A program made the position numbers and the translations under genes. The notes under the pieces are model-generated. The model did not search any database and had not been told where the DNA came from. It saw only the letters and a list, made by a program, of their open reading frames with translations. This document shows, piece by piece, positions 14,335-31,895 of a DNA stretch of 64,000 nucleotides; position 1 is the first letter of the stretch, and each line of letters begins with the position of its first letter. The DNA is from Strigamia acuminata (lineage: Eukaryota): contig OX442314.1 in the NCBI GenBank assembly GCA_949358305.1, positions 20,770,001 through 20,834,000 on the forward strand, written 5' to 3'.

Positions 14335-14971
14335 CAAAGACGTGTCGGAACTTTGGCGGTCTCCCACTTGAAGGCGGAAGCTGACAGTGAGTTGGTGTTG
14401 GCTCAACGTGGCGGTTGGGCCTAATCCATCTGGATCTGTAGAAACTGGTGTGACAAGACAACGTGAACGGGATCGAGATTGAAGAGGTGGAGAACGATCA
14501 GCTGGAGTCAAGTGGGCATTCACACACATTCGATGGTGGACACGACAAAAGCAATTTCCATGTTCACTGGCAACATGACGGAGAACTTAAATTCTTAGAC
14601 TAAAGAGGTCGAACGATTTGGCAGAACGGAGATTCAGACGGCTTTGCAGATGATCATAAAATTGGGCAAATCAGGAAAGAAATGGACGGAAGACGTGGCG
14701 AGGGCACCATTTGAATTCGTCCATGGATTCATGCCGGCAGACGACAAGGAATTGGGTTGGCTGGAGTTTCGATGACGAGGGTCGACGGGTTTCAGCCTAC
14801 AAAATTGGAGACGAGATTCTTTTCACGAAAGGTCCACGATTCAGGAAGTATGACGCGTTGTTCGCGGGACCGTTCAGAATAAAGCAGAAAGTGGCAACCA
14901 AAATTTAAATGATAGAGGACGTTAACGGAAGAAGTTGAAAGACGTGAGCATCTCAGCTGAAGATATATTGA
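14335..14971 (+). mobile_element. Degenerate Ty3/gypsy integrase remnant
   Basis: GC-richer island. The translation YKIGDEILFTKGPRFRKYDALFAGPFRIKQKV... resembles the GPY/F module at the integrase C-terminus and is interrupted by stops. Confidence 0.55.
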
Positions 14972-15587
14972 TTCAACGCAGTCAGATTTATCTTATTTTC
15001 CGCTGCATTTGACAAATCTCCGTGGCTCGTGACATTAACGGAAAAATATCCGCTGAACGCAGTAAAAAAAAAAATAAAGGCAAAATATGCTATTGAACCA
15101 ATATGTTATGAATAAACGTCACCTCAAATGAAATTAATCCCGTCGAATTAAGGTTTGCGAATATTGTTGATTAACATTTATTTATATACGTACGTAAATA
15201 CATATCGTAGTTCCTACTCCAGTTACAATTCTGAAAAATAAAATAAAATTAATTACTGGATTTATAATGATAATAATATAAGTACAAAGTAAAGTTATTG
15301 GTGTTGCATGGAGCCGTATAATTTGGTGATAGCTATAATTCAATGAGATGAGAAACCTTTCTTTTTTAGCAATCGATGGTACAGGTGGGCCAAAACCACC
15401 ATCAGATTATAGACCTTCGTATCGATGCATTTCAGAACAAGAGCTGTGGAGAAAACATGTCAGCGATTCCCAGTTTCCAGTACACTTACGAGCTCTGCGC
15501 GCTAAGCATTATGGTTAAAAATTCAACCCTATCACAAGTAACGTAGAAATAGTCACATCACTAAATTAATCGCTGGTCACGCAGGAA

Positions 15588-17581
15588 ATGGCATCGTGTT
15601 ATTTACCATCTGATTCCTGGATGAAAATTTTGTCATTATTAGATTATAAGGATCTGATTAGGTAAGCACGATTTATAATATTTGTTTGCGTGAAAACAAA
15701 CATCTTGCTTATTTATTGCATTTATTTAGTTGCAGCCAAGTTAACAATCAACTATATGAAATAGCAAATCACAGCTCAAACTGGAGACGACTTTGCAAAA
15801 AACATTGGCTGATCACAATGTAAATATTCGTACCCAAAATTAAAAATAAAATAATATAAAGTAGCCCACACGATGAAAAAGACTTATAAAACTCAACTCA
15901 GCGCTTCGACATTTGCCTTCTTTGTAAATTCTAATCACTGTTGCATTTGCATCACAAGTTCGCATTGTCTCTTTGAAAATGGAGATTATAATTTTCTTAT
16001 TTATTTGTTTGTTTCTTGATTTTAAGATGTCCAGAAAATAACACATGGAGGGAAATATTTTGCGAATATTATAATCAATATGGAAGATACATTAATTGCT
16101 ATTCAAAAATCAGAACTGCTTGGGACCAGATCATGCAGTTTCTGGAAACACATTGCTCTGAAATTTTTTATTCCGTTAAAGGTTTGCCTATTTTTTTTGT
16201 TTCGTTTAATTCGTTTAATTTCTTTGCATCTTTTCTTTTCTAGACGGAACTAGCGAAGAAGATCTGAATAAAATGGAAGAAGAAATAGGTTGCAAATTGC
16301 CCGATGACCTTAGATGTGCTTATCGCATTCACAATGGACAAAAGCTCTCAGTACCTGGGTAATAACCAACAAAAAATCGAATTTGGAATATTATGTGAAG
16401 CAAAATATAATTTATTTATAGTTTATTCGGAAGTATGACTACACTCAATCATTACCGTTCCGATAATTTTATGCACATAGATTCAAGTATCGATGGTTTT
16501 GATGTGAGATGTTAAGAGTGTTAAACCAAATTTAAAATTAAATTTTTTGTAATATTTTTATTTTTAGCCTAAGCGTCGCATGCTTCCCATAACAATCTGT
16601 ATAAATACCAGCGAGAGCACATACATTGCCTTAGAAGAACTCGGTAGTATCAAGAAATACCAACTCTTTTATGTACACGAAGCTGTAAATGTGTTTTTAG
16701 TAGGTAGTGACAATAATTACAATTACAATTAATTATGACAATAATCAATGTGCACCAAAATTTACATTTATTTCTGTTTTTAATTTAGCCAGAAGTTTTA
16801 TAGAATGGTTTACAGATTTTGCATTTAAATTGTCCAATAATAAATATCCAATTATTGACAAACAACCATTTAGGTGCAAATTTCAATCTTTTTTTAAAAT
16901 TTGAAATGAATATTATATAATTTCTATTATTTTTAAGATTTGAATACGACGCTGAGTGTGTTTGCACCACAAATTCCATTCAGGTGTCAGTGGCAACATG
17001 TTTTCTGCCAGAACTGAGTCACATACCTTTGTCAATTTTTTGTCATGCATACAGGATAACGTAAGTATAAGAAAACAGAAAAACACAATATAATATTCTG
17101 TCTAAAATGATTTATTATCTGTTTTAGTATGTCAATGCATCCAAAAGCTCCAGAATCTGATTCGTGTCAGTTAGAGACGAGACATTGGAGAACGGTTGAT
17201 GAAGATGGCAAAGTCGAATTAGTTAATGGACCTGGGGTAGTTGGTTCGTATTCAATCGTGTAATTTATTTGTATTTTTTTCTAAGGAAAATTATTAATTT
17301 TTTTTTTTTTTTTGGGGAAGGTGAGTTTCCAATTATGAGGCCCGGTGAAAGTTATTCATGGATCAGTTGCACCAATTTTTCCACCACACACGGCAGCATG
17401 TTCGGGCATTTTAGAATGCGAAAATTAAAAACGGGTGAGTCGTTTATCCCAAGTTGCATTCGTACAAAATTTCCTAACCATTTGTTTTGTTTCAGGTGAA
17501 ATCATCGACGTACAATGTCCGCCTTTTCACATGCATTGTCTACCATACTTAACTTTGGATTTAGATAAAAATGAAACTTGA
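15588..17581 (+). CDS. FBXO3: F-box only protein 3 (F-box + SMI1/KNR4 + ApaG/DUF525), multi-exon
   Basis: Spliced translation: MASCYLPSDSWMKILSLLDYKDLIS (F-box); EEDLNKMEEEIGCKLPDDLRCAYRIHNGQ (SMI1/KNR4); CQLETRHW...VNGPGVVGEFPIMRPGESYSWISCT...SMFGHF (ApaG). Introns are GT-AG and the stop is TGA at 17579-17581. Confidence 0.92.
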
Positions 17582-17738
17582 AAAATGTCCATTTTTTTAT
17601 ACTAATTTATTAAATAGAAGTTCAAATAACAAATAAAATTTTGTAATTTGTTTCTTCATTGTATAAAATATCCAAACAATTGTATACTAAAATACATGGC
17701 AACTATTGTTTCAACTGGTATTGTTTCTCGAATTATAA

Positions 17739-21454
<3,716 letters not shown>

Positions 21455-23947
21455 TTGTTTTTTCTCTCTTAACCTGTAAAAACATTCAAATTAAGAATTT
21501 AGTTAATAATTAAAAAAAAAAATTATATTGAAGACTACCGGTATCTTTCTTTTATTTTATTTAAAAACATTGATTTGTTTAAAAATTTGATGGAATATTT
21601 TCTAATTTGCAGTATAATTTTTTTTTTTTTTTTTTAAATTTGAATTTGATCATTTCAACACGGCAGTTGCGAAAAACTCGGTTTATTGACCCGAAAAGCG
21701 CTTAGGTACTTACCGGTAATATAATTTTTAATTTAAAAAAAGCTAGTTTTTCATTCATTACCTTATCAAATGTGGTTTATTTTTTTTTTAAAAAGGACAA
21801 CTTTTACAGGACAAATTCACTTTATTATTTCCTGATAAACCGCTCTCGTTCTTTGTCTCGGAGAATACAAAGTTGAATAAGTGATGAGTGCAATGTTTGC
21901 AAAGGGAAATAGGGACAAGGATTGGGGATAGGAAAAGAACACCTTTTCTGTTTTAAAAAATGAAAAAAGTACAAACTTCAATCAGACAAACTTTCAGCAC
22001 AATCGAAACACAAAATCGCATAACAAAAACAATTTTTTTTCTTCCTTTCCTTCCATATTTTTAAAAATCGTTACGAGTAGTCATTTGTATCAAAAGTATT
22101 GGCTTCTACGAGATATTTGTCCTGGTCCCTGATTCCTACTCCACATATTACTACAAAATACTCCAGATAAATCTTTAACCCCCAAGCTTTTACTACCAAC
22201 ATTAAATTCCCCACATGTGCACAGTACCAAAAAATAAAATAACAGTAAAGTAAGGATAAATAATATCAGATCAGTAAGAAAAATTTCCTAAACTGCTGAA
22301 AGTGTGTCCAAACTAAAGTTACAGAATTTTTTTTTTCTTTTCAAATAAAAACTCATTTTGTACCCAATAAAATCTAATTGTTTTTCTTATATAATTTAAC
22401 AAATGGGCTTCCTTTTAAGTAGGACATTTTATTTTTACAGAAATAGATTTTATTTCATGTCATTTTGTGATGATTTTTTTTTTTAATTATATATATATAT
22501 TTTATTTTTTTTCGGATTTATATGATGTAGGAATTGTCACAATAAAAACACACAAATTCTATGCGCTACCAGCAGATACCACTAAAGGACTTGTTGTTTT
22601 GCAATATATAATAATTACATAATTATAATATAATAATAAAATTGTGAATAAAAAAAAAGCATGATGATGGAAATGTATCATTTCATTTAGTTTGGTTTTG
22701 CACATATTTCCAAAGTCGTTGAGAAGCCATAGTTACACATTAGATTGAATGATGGGACTAAATGTACTTTCACACAATTCATCCTACACGTTTTACAACT
22801 AAAATAATGCAGATACACATGTAAAACCAAACTATTCAACATTCAAAGTAAAAATTGTGTATTTATTGCTTATTAAGCAAACAATTTGAAATTAAATTTA
22901 AAAAAATAATAATAATAATAATTTTTTTGAAAAAGTAAAAAGTACAAATAAAAACATGCAAAAAATAATTTCTCATGATTTAATCAAATTTCTCTGCATT
23001 CGGATGCACCCATTACAAAAATTAATTGACTAAGGTTAAACTAAAACTAGAAAATCAACATTTATCAATGCTACAGGTGACAAGTTTTTTTCCTCATAGG
23101 TTTGACACGAAAAATTGTTTAAAAAATTATTTTTTCTCACTGGGTGGTATCTACTGGCAACATAAAATAACGCTTAAAAATTATTACATAAATTTTAAAG
23201 TTTAAAAAAAAATCCTGCATCGATTATAAATCATAGTTTTACATGCTGAATGTGTGATTTAACTTAAAACATGAAGAAGAAAATATATAAATGTGCAACT
23301 GCAGATTAACTATCGGCAAAAATTAGCACTAATTTCATGTATGAATTCCAAGATCTTTCGTAATTTTTTTGTCATTTTCTTTACATGCAATGATGAGAAA
23401 TTTTATTTCTGGATGTTTTTAGAAGGGAGAAATTCGGGGACGGGAAATAAGGGGAAAAGGCAAATACAAACTAATGATAATTTATACCTATGAGGAATAT
23501 GAAGTACATCTTGCTCGTATGTTTGTTTTCATCCACAATGAAAGGGTTGAGAAATGATTAATGGCAGGAAAATAGAACATTTCAAGCACACTTAAAAAAT
23601 CTGTTTTTTTTTTTCTTTTCTCGTAATATGTTAGAAGATTCCAATAATTTTTTTAAAACAAAAAAATCTCCCTTTTCGCACAGATACAATCGAAATACAT
23701 TGTATTTTTTTGTTAAATATTATTATTTATAAAGGAAGAGCGTTCAAAAAATGTACAAGAACAGAAACTAGACCATACATACCTTTAAAACAACAAAAAT
23801 TAAAATTTTGTATTGATAAATTAAATCATCTCCTGTCACTAATCACAACCAAACCACTTCAGAGCAAAGACACGTGTTGTGAATGACATTTTTTTTGTTT
23901 GTATTTTTTTTTATTAAGAATTTGGTAGTGCAATCAAACAAGCCTAT

Positions 23948-26900
23948 TTACGCATCTTCATCATCGTCATCTCCTTCACCTTCTCCTTCTTCTTCTTCAT
24001 CCGCTTCACCTTCACCTGTCAAAAAGTAAGAGATTATTTTCCATCATTTTAATAAATTAATTATTCTAAAAACCTCTTAGTTTCATTAAAATCCTATCAA
24101 AAATCCCCCAACGACAATAAAATCTTTTACCACAAATTTCAGACCAAAAACGTTTACAAAACGAAAAATATTCCACAACATTTCCCGTTTAACAAATTCC
24201 ACTTTTGCGTAGTTTATCCTTCGGCTCAAATTGGATTTCTGCCCCCTTGTGCCATCAAATGTGACATCAATTCTTGAGAATTGAGCAAAAACAGCAAAAC
24301 AACGGGCGGAAAAAGTAGAATCTATTTCTACCTTTCCAGCCACGGGCAAAAACACTTGCAGCCAATCACACTGATGCACAAGCCCCGCCTCCATTTTTGA
24401 ACACCGCACAAATCATTTTTGCATCGTATTAAGCCCTTTGTCCGAATAATCTTCAAATATTCCCCTCTATTTCGTCTTAAACCATCTCTTGATACTTTAT
24501 TTCTCTCGACAAATTGTACGAACCTTCCTCATCGAAATCCTCGCCTTCTCCTTCTGCTCCTTCCTCCTCATCGTCATCACCTGTATAATGACAAAATCTA
24601 TTTATACCACACCTTTAAAAACCCTTTCAAACTCCTCACCTTCTTCTCCTTCTACTTCATAATCATTCGCTTCTTTATCTTCCCCATTTTCTTTATCTTT
24701 GTCTAAAAGGGGAGAAACAAATGGAATTCACATGCAAATTACACTAACACCTAATCATAACCAATAACCAAACCAATGACGGTACACATTCATACACTAC
24801 TTACCACAATCAGTGTAAACCTCACTTTTTTTTATCTCTCAAACTTTCACCCCTGAATACTAAAGACTACAAAAACAAAAATTACATCCTGCAACTTAAT
24901 GCTCAAAGTTTAAATGCAAAAATTACGACTTGCTTCAATTACTGTTCGTCAAGTTCGAAATAAATTGTTGTTGCATCACTTATTTCGAAATGCAACACCA
25001 GTAAACAAGTTCATTCTTTTATTATTATTATTATCCTTATTAAAATTTTTTTCTTTTTCTATTTTTTCCATTTTTATATTAAACCGTCGCCCTACCGTCA
25101 AGTTATCCAGACATCTTGTCCTTTTTTCTTACCTGAATGATCTTTCTGTAAAATTAAAAAGAAAAAAAACAAACGTTAAATTTAACAATTCCAAAATCAA
25201 AAAATCAAAAAATTTACTCCAATTTTTAAAGTAAATGAACAAAAAATTCACGAATTTTACCTTTAATTTTTTGTTGTCTTCACTGTTTACCTGCAAAACA
25301 AAAAAAAAAATTAAAATTAAAAACAATGCATCCTCTTTAAATAGCGACGCGAAAATACATTTTTCAAACGTTACGTCTGTTCCCTCAAAGGCAAACCTAG
25401 GGCAAACGTGCGTAGGCGAGATATTTATTATTGCTCGCAGTGTTGTGTTAAAACGTGTACAACCAAAAAAAAAAACATTCTTCGCCAGAAAAACTTCAAA
25501 GACCGCCATCATTAAATTTAATTAAACCAAACACAATAAAATCCTGTCAATTTTTCTTTCAAATTAATTTTAGTTTAAATAACTTCCAATCCAATCTCAA
25601 CCCTAATCACGTTTCATAAACACAACTCACTCGTTTGGGAACACGTCTCTAGAGGGCTCACATCATGTGGAATGATTATCTCAATTTTCCGTATCAATTA
25701 TTGCATAATCTCGGTTTAAAATTGTGTTAAAAATCAACTCAGCTCGCAGACATTCATATACCATGAATAAATCCCCAAAAATGCGACCAAACGAGCATTT
25801 GTAACATCCTAACGTCACGAAAAAAAAACTAAAAACTAAAAACGTCATTAAAAACATTTTAAAATCATCATCATTCATCAAACATGACTAAACTCTTAAC
25901 ATTCCTCGCACCAAACACCTAAAATATCTAGACCCAGATTGCGTTGCTTGTCACACTTATTGGACATTGATTAAATCAATTGAGCCCCAACAGCTCCCCC
26001 ATTCACAGTCATCTAATGCGAAAGCTACAACGGATTGTTTAAAACAATCCAATTCAATTTTCACATCGTGTATAGCAATTAATTAAGCCCACTAAAAGGC
26101 TCCCATGACGTTTTAAGTGCCTGCTTGTCGGTCCATTTTCTCCAAACCAGTGCCGTTTTGTGTCCTTATAACCCACGCCCCCTTCACTTCATTCAATTTA
26201 CTCCGCGATAGTCGCTTAAACCGTCAAAAGCCAGGTGATAATAACACGATCACAGCCTTCCTAATCTCTCTTTGATCATCGGTTATTTAAACAACAACAA
26301 AAAAGTCGCTTTTCACACTTCCGCTTTTGGCTGTGACGTTTGCAAGCGGGAAAAAAAATTCAACGGGGGTGGAAAAAACAATCCAGGAATACAAGATGGT
26401 TATTTTCCTACTTTATTTTTAGATTCCATAAGACCAAGGTCAATACACCCACTCGATGCGACTTAGAATGACGTTTATCTTCCATTTCGTACTTGTTTAT
26501 TGCACTGTTCTCGTGCGGTTTACTTTGGAAAACATATTTGCGTAAAAATGAATGATAAAAATCAAGATGATAAGAAAACAAAAATTAAATTATTGATCAT
26601 TTGCATCGTCAGGCACGAAACCATGATGTATGTGAATGATGAATTACTATTGAGTGCGCGGTTTCGTCGCTAGAGTCCACATCGACCAAGCGAGTTATGC
26701 AAAACATCCTTTTCAGTTTTCTTATTAATGGAAACCAAAAAAACAAAAGTTTTTCACAAATTTCTGAAATCCATTTATGTATTTAAATATTTTTTTTAGA
26801 TCTTAAGTGAATACAGCTAAGTCTTAAAATAAAATTACATTTGCAGCATCTGTAGACTGAATTTTTTTTTTACTTCGACCGCCATTTTTACAAAAAAAAA

Positions 26901-28646
26901 AATCGTTTCACGTAAAATCGATTCGCGCGATAAAAATATCAATTTCCAGGACTTCCAATATCTGAATATTTACGATAAATCGATCAATTTAGATTTTAAA
27001 AAAATTACAATCTCAAATGTAACAAAATAACAACAAATTGAAAAAGATAATTTTCGCTTTTTCCTAATTTTCCCGGAGAAATCTCGCGATAAATACTGGA
27101 CCAGTCCAAAGAATCGAAAAAATCAGACTGCTCTACACACTTCAAGAAGCTATCGAGCGCACTCTGTTGGCCATCCATGTTAACTAAAACTGTTTAGGAC
27201 GAGTTCATTCCTGTCACTAAGAGGGGTTAAGATCAAAGATTCGTTTTGCCATTTTTTGACTAAGTTTTTCAGAAAATTCCTACACGAAAACATCAATTTT
27301 CTGTCACTTCAACAATCCTGTTGAACATAATTTCATAAATTTAAATTCGTTAGCAAAATGTTTTCTATTGACCCCAGGACTAAATTTCAACTTTAATATA
27401 AAATGGAAATCGAAAAGGATGCCATTAAGGATATAAATTTTAGGCTTAATGTGTAGATTTAAAAGTTAGATGAGAATTTTAGTTGAGAATTTCTATTTTT
27501 ATTGTCACACGTGAATAATAATTAAGTTTATAAATCATAGTTAAATTTTTTTTTAACCATAAACACCTATATGTCACTGACCTTTTGACCTTAGGTGAGT
27601 GTTGGGTTAAAAGTGCGGTATTATTATTTTTAATCTATTTGATTAATGATTAATTATTAAGCGAGAAAGAAACTAGAACTAAGATGGAGGATTTCGAGAT
27701 AAACAAGAATCAAAGAAATCAAACGTTCTTTCCTTTCCCTTTCATCAATTTTCTAATTATCATCAAAAATGATAATTAGATTTTCATACTCATGTCATAT
27801 GAAAACTTTTTTTTTTTTAAATATAAAAATATTTTTTTTTTTCGTTTTTAAATCGGAATAAAAACAAATCTCAAAGTCCATTCAAAATTTAAAACAAATT
27901 TTTCCATTTATCATCGCCCTTAAATCATTTCCACACCTTAAAAAAACAAAACGAAAAAATCTAATTTATTAAAACTACTTAAAACTTTTAGGAATTTAAT
28001 AAAAAAAAAAAAATTTTAAATTCAAAATAAAGACATAAGATTAAAAATCTTTAAAATTTTACCCTAATATTTAAAAAAAATGTGAAAAAAAAAAATCAAA
28101 TCTACAGGTGACCCATACAAACATCAAACAAACAATGATAAACCATAAACATAGCAACAAGTGTGATTCTCAATCAAATGTTTGAGAAAAACAAAGTGTA
28201 GGCAAAGGCCAGGCCCGATTCGCCCTTACCTGGCTTTCGGAACAAATACCGGCTTTTGAAACACATGGCTTCCTTGGAATAGACTCGCGTTAAAAGCGTG
28301 CAAACGGGCATTTGTAGTGGCAATTTGTTCCCAACCGTACATCAAACAATTAAAGTGATGAGCATAAATTAGTTGCCGATCAATCGCGGACTTTTTTAAG
28401 TGGATTTAACGTTTAAAACAGACTTGGCGCCATAAACTCGGCATGTAAGGCCATGGCGCCCATCATGGCTGAGTTGCCGTACTTTTCCCTCCCAAAGTTC
28501 GGAGCCAAGCCGCACCGAATTGAAAAACTCACCTCTGCTGCCCTCTTTTGACCTTTAACGTCTGTTTTGGCGTCTCCAGCACCTTTTTCTTTCGCATCGG
28601 CAACCTTTTCCGTCGCTACTTTGGACAGTTCCTCTGTGGTACTCAT
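23948..28646 (-). CDS. Small acidic protein (114 aa), Bacchus/prothymosin-like; 6 exons: 28533-28646, 25261-25290, 25133-25145, 24640-24702, 24524-24580, 23948-24015
   Basis: All junctions are GT-AG and phase-compatible (345 nt total). The protein is MSTTEELSKVATEKVADAKEKGAGDAKTDVKGQKRAAEVNSEDNKKLK followed by an E/D/G-rich tail. The VxxEKV and VKGxKRxAE...KK motifs recall Drosophila Bacchus (from memory). Confidence 0.75.
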
Positions 28647-28962
28647 TTTTGAAGAGGGAGAAGTGCGCCGGCGAGGCCTTTGTGCCTTTGTTCAATTTGT
28701 AAAAATGGCGCGTGTCTTCACACAATAAACAACTACTACACTACGAAGCTTTTTATTTGCACTTGTTTTTTTATTTTGATGATTAAAATAGCTTTCGGGT
28801 CCGTGTAAAGGAAATAATAAAATTATACATTTGGCTTTTGCCTAATAAAAAGTTTGAAGTATATAAGTTAGAATTAATTCACGGTTCGAGAGTGTTTTGA
28901 ACCGGATGCGATCAGCGCGCTTGCGCGGTTTCATTCATCTTTTCCGGTGGCTCGTATCCAAG
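28647..28962. promoter_or_regulatory. Bidirectional promoter between the Bacchus-like gene and RpL36A; 5'TOP/TCT motif CTTTTCC at 28939-28945
   Basis: Head-to-head ATGs about 316 bp apart; pyrimidine tract just upstream of the ribosomal protein ATG; YY1-like AAAATGGCG near 28702. Confidence 0.6.
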
Positions 28963-29625
28963 ATGGTAGGTTCTGACAACATGACTTAAATTCAATCTAT
29001 ACCAATCCACTTTATTACTCGTCTATCCCTAAATAAACGTTATTTTTTCAATAAAGGAATTTATGTTTTAACTCATAGTTATTGTTTTTTTGCGATGGAT
29101 AGGTGAACGTACCAAAAACAAGGCGGACTTACTGCAAGGGAAAGAAGTGCAAAAAGCACACTGTGCATAAAGTTACCCAGTATAAAAAAGGAAAAGATTC
29201 CATTCACGCACAAGGTAAATATTCCGTTTATCTTTACAGAATTTTTATTTCGGTATTAACGTGATTTAATGTAGGAAAAAGGCGATACGACCGAAAGCAA
29301 AAAGGTTACGGTGGTCAAACTAAGCCTATTTTCAGGAAAAAGGTATTTATTATTATATTATTAATGCTTCTATGAGAAAAGGACGTTTATTAATTATTAT
29401 CCATTATTTTCAAAGGCGAAAACAACCAAGAAAATTGTTCTTCGAATGGAATGCACGGAATGTAAATACCGTAAGCAATTGGCATTGAAACGATGCAAAC
29501 ATTTCGAATTGGGTGGTGACAAGAAGAGAAAGGTAATTTAGAGTTTATACATTCGTTTTGTGACATTTAAATTTAAATTTATATTTTTTTTTCTCAATTT
29601 TTAGGGACAAATGATCCAGTTCTAG
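28963..29625 (+). CDS. RPL36A: 60S ribosomal protein L36a/L44 (eL42), 5 exons
   Basis: ATG-only first coding exon, then [31 protein letters not shown]...[40 protein letters not shown]...[17 protein letters not shown]. Confidence 0.97.
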
Positions 29626-30171
29626 AAAATTACTGACATTCTGTAAACGTCAATAAAAAGTCTTTTTCTTAACTAAAGAAGTTTTAAGTTTGGCGTCCTT
29701 TATTTTTTCTGAAATTTAATATGTATAGTTTCTACGGTTACACCAATGTGGTTTATAGAGTTGACCTCAATTTCATCACAAGTAAGTTTTCCCAAGTGTC
29801 CGCCATGTTGAATCTTAGTTATTCGAGACATTGTGCTTTTTCTCAAAACTATGCCAAACCGAGTTCAAACATTTAATTAATTCGGGGTTTCTATTTCCCA
29901 TCGTTAACTTCGAAGTAATAAATAAAATATCGATTTATTCAATCGATCGCCAAGTTTTGCAATTTAATAATAGGCGGCGTTGTAAGTTTAAGTGCATCCC
30001 TAACGTCAAAAATTAAAAACTAAACGGAAAATTCCAACCGATTTTTAATCAATTGTTTATTCAATATATATATTTATTTATTTATAGTATTTATACATAT
30101 TTAACATGATGATTTTTATTTTATTTCAAGTGTTTTCCCGCTATAAATTAGCCATTGGAATCCTTACTTGA

Positions 30172-31541
30172 CTATTCTGAGTCACCATCTGCTGCCCAGT
30201 TGTCATGCGTGTCTGGTACCGGAGCTTGTGGGTCCCTTAATAAAATTTTAACCCGTAAAATCCACTTCAAATTGTAATAAATCACTAAAATATACTTTAA
30301 TAATTCTGGATCCAAATTTTCAGCTAACATTTTTGAACGCAGAGCCGCTGGTGGTACTCCCTGTAAAACAGGAAATTCATTCATTTTTTCGATGGCTTTA
30401 ATTTTTTTAAATAAATGATAAAGAGGAGACACATTTTATACAAAAAATAGTTTTGATGTCTCAATCAGATTACGGTGATCAATAAACCCCAACATCGGCT
30501 GTTTAAAGATAACTACCAACTTCCTAACATGCACAAGTTATTATTATTATAATTTTTTATCTTTTCTTGTTGTTAAGGGTGCAGGAACTATTTCGTAGTA
30601 TTTTATTTATTTTGGAAAAAGGGAGAAGTTTATTGCTATTATTTTTTAAATTGAACGTTTTCTCATGTCAAGACCCCGATAAAACGTCAAACCAGTAATC
30701 ATAATTTTGGCTGAATTACAATATCTAGAACAACAAGAAAACCATATTTCTAAAAATACCTTTAAAAATATGACTATCTGCTACCCATTAGTCAACAGCG
30801 AGGTTTTAATTTCTTACCACTTGAATCATTTTAAAATATTTAGCATATCGTGGATCCTGAGAAACTGTCATTTTCGTTTCCGTTACCGGTACTTCTATAG
30901 AAGTTTCTTCAATTGTTTCTTTTGTGGGCTAAATATAAATATAAAAATTATGTGGCACATTAGGTGCATTCAAAGTCCCTTAAACTTGTTTATAATTTTT
31001 AAAATTTCACATTTAGACTGGTTTATTTTACCGGTTTGTTTTTTCTTTTATACCTCTAATTGTGTTGGTAAAGGAGGCGGTGGAGGTGAAATTTCATTAG
31101 ATGTTGTTGTACTATCACTGATGTTTATTACACTCTGGTTGGCTTCAGATTCGACTGAACTTAAGCTTACATTTTCTAAGCCAGGAATAGATGCCAACTT
31201 AAAAAAAAACAAAAATTATTTGATCGTATTTTTACTTCCAAATCAAACTCGGTTCATCTCACTTTTGCTTCTAATATGCACAAGATCGCTTCCATCTGTT
31301 CAATCTTTCCATTTAAATCTTCCAATTTCTTTTCACTAACACCAGCGAATTTATTTAGAAAATGACAGGTGTTTGTCAAAAAATGATTAGCCAACGCCAA
31401 GCTTTTCTTCGGATGAATTGGCCCCACCTGGAGAAACGTAAAAAAATAAAATAAAACCTTAATTTATAGTTTTATTCATTGACAGCAATATAAAACCTTA
31501 GAATAATCAACGCCAACTCCAATGGGTAAATCGACTTCCAT
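30172..31541 (-). CDS. WASHC3: WASH complex subunit 3 (CCDC53), multi-exon
   Basis: MEVDLPIGVGVDYSKVGPIHPKK...FLNKF...LCILEAKLASIPGLE...SQDPRYAKYFKMIQVGVPPAALRSKMLAENLDPELL..PQAPVPD. Confidence 0.9.
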
Positions 31542-31895
31542 GATTTCAATAATAAACGCCCCTATCGTCCACCGTAGTGCGAGACCCGGTGAGACCGTAG
31601 TGTCAATTTACGTCATGCACATGTAATTCTTCTAACATCGTCATTTCTATCAAAAATTATTTTCTTAATTTCTTTAATCCCCGTGTTTGATTTTTAGCAA
31701 TTTTATTTCTTCACGAGTTTAATTTTTCAACTTTCTTGTTTTTAAGTGCGATCTTATACTTTGGTGCGGATCTACATCATCTGCTGGTGGTCTAACCTGA
31801 CCTGAACGACGATCCGATGAGAAGCGGCTTGTGTCATTTATTTCTTTTTTAACAATTTAGTTGCGTGTAATAGTCTTAATTAGTTAGTTATTGCA

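Noticed and set aside
30707..31339. 210-aa plus-strand ORF
   Set aside because: Antisense to WASHC3 exons and introns, with non-protein-like composition.
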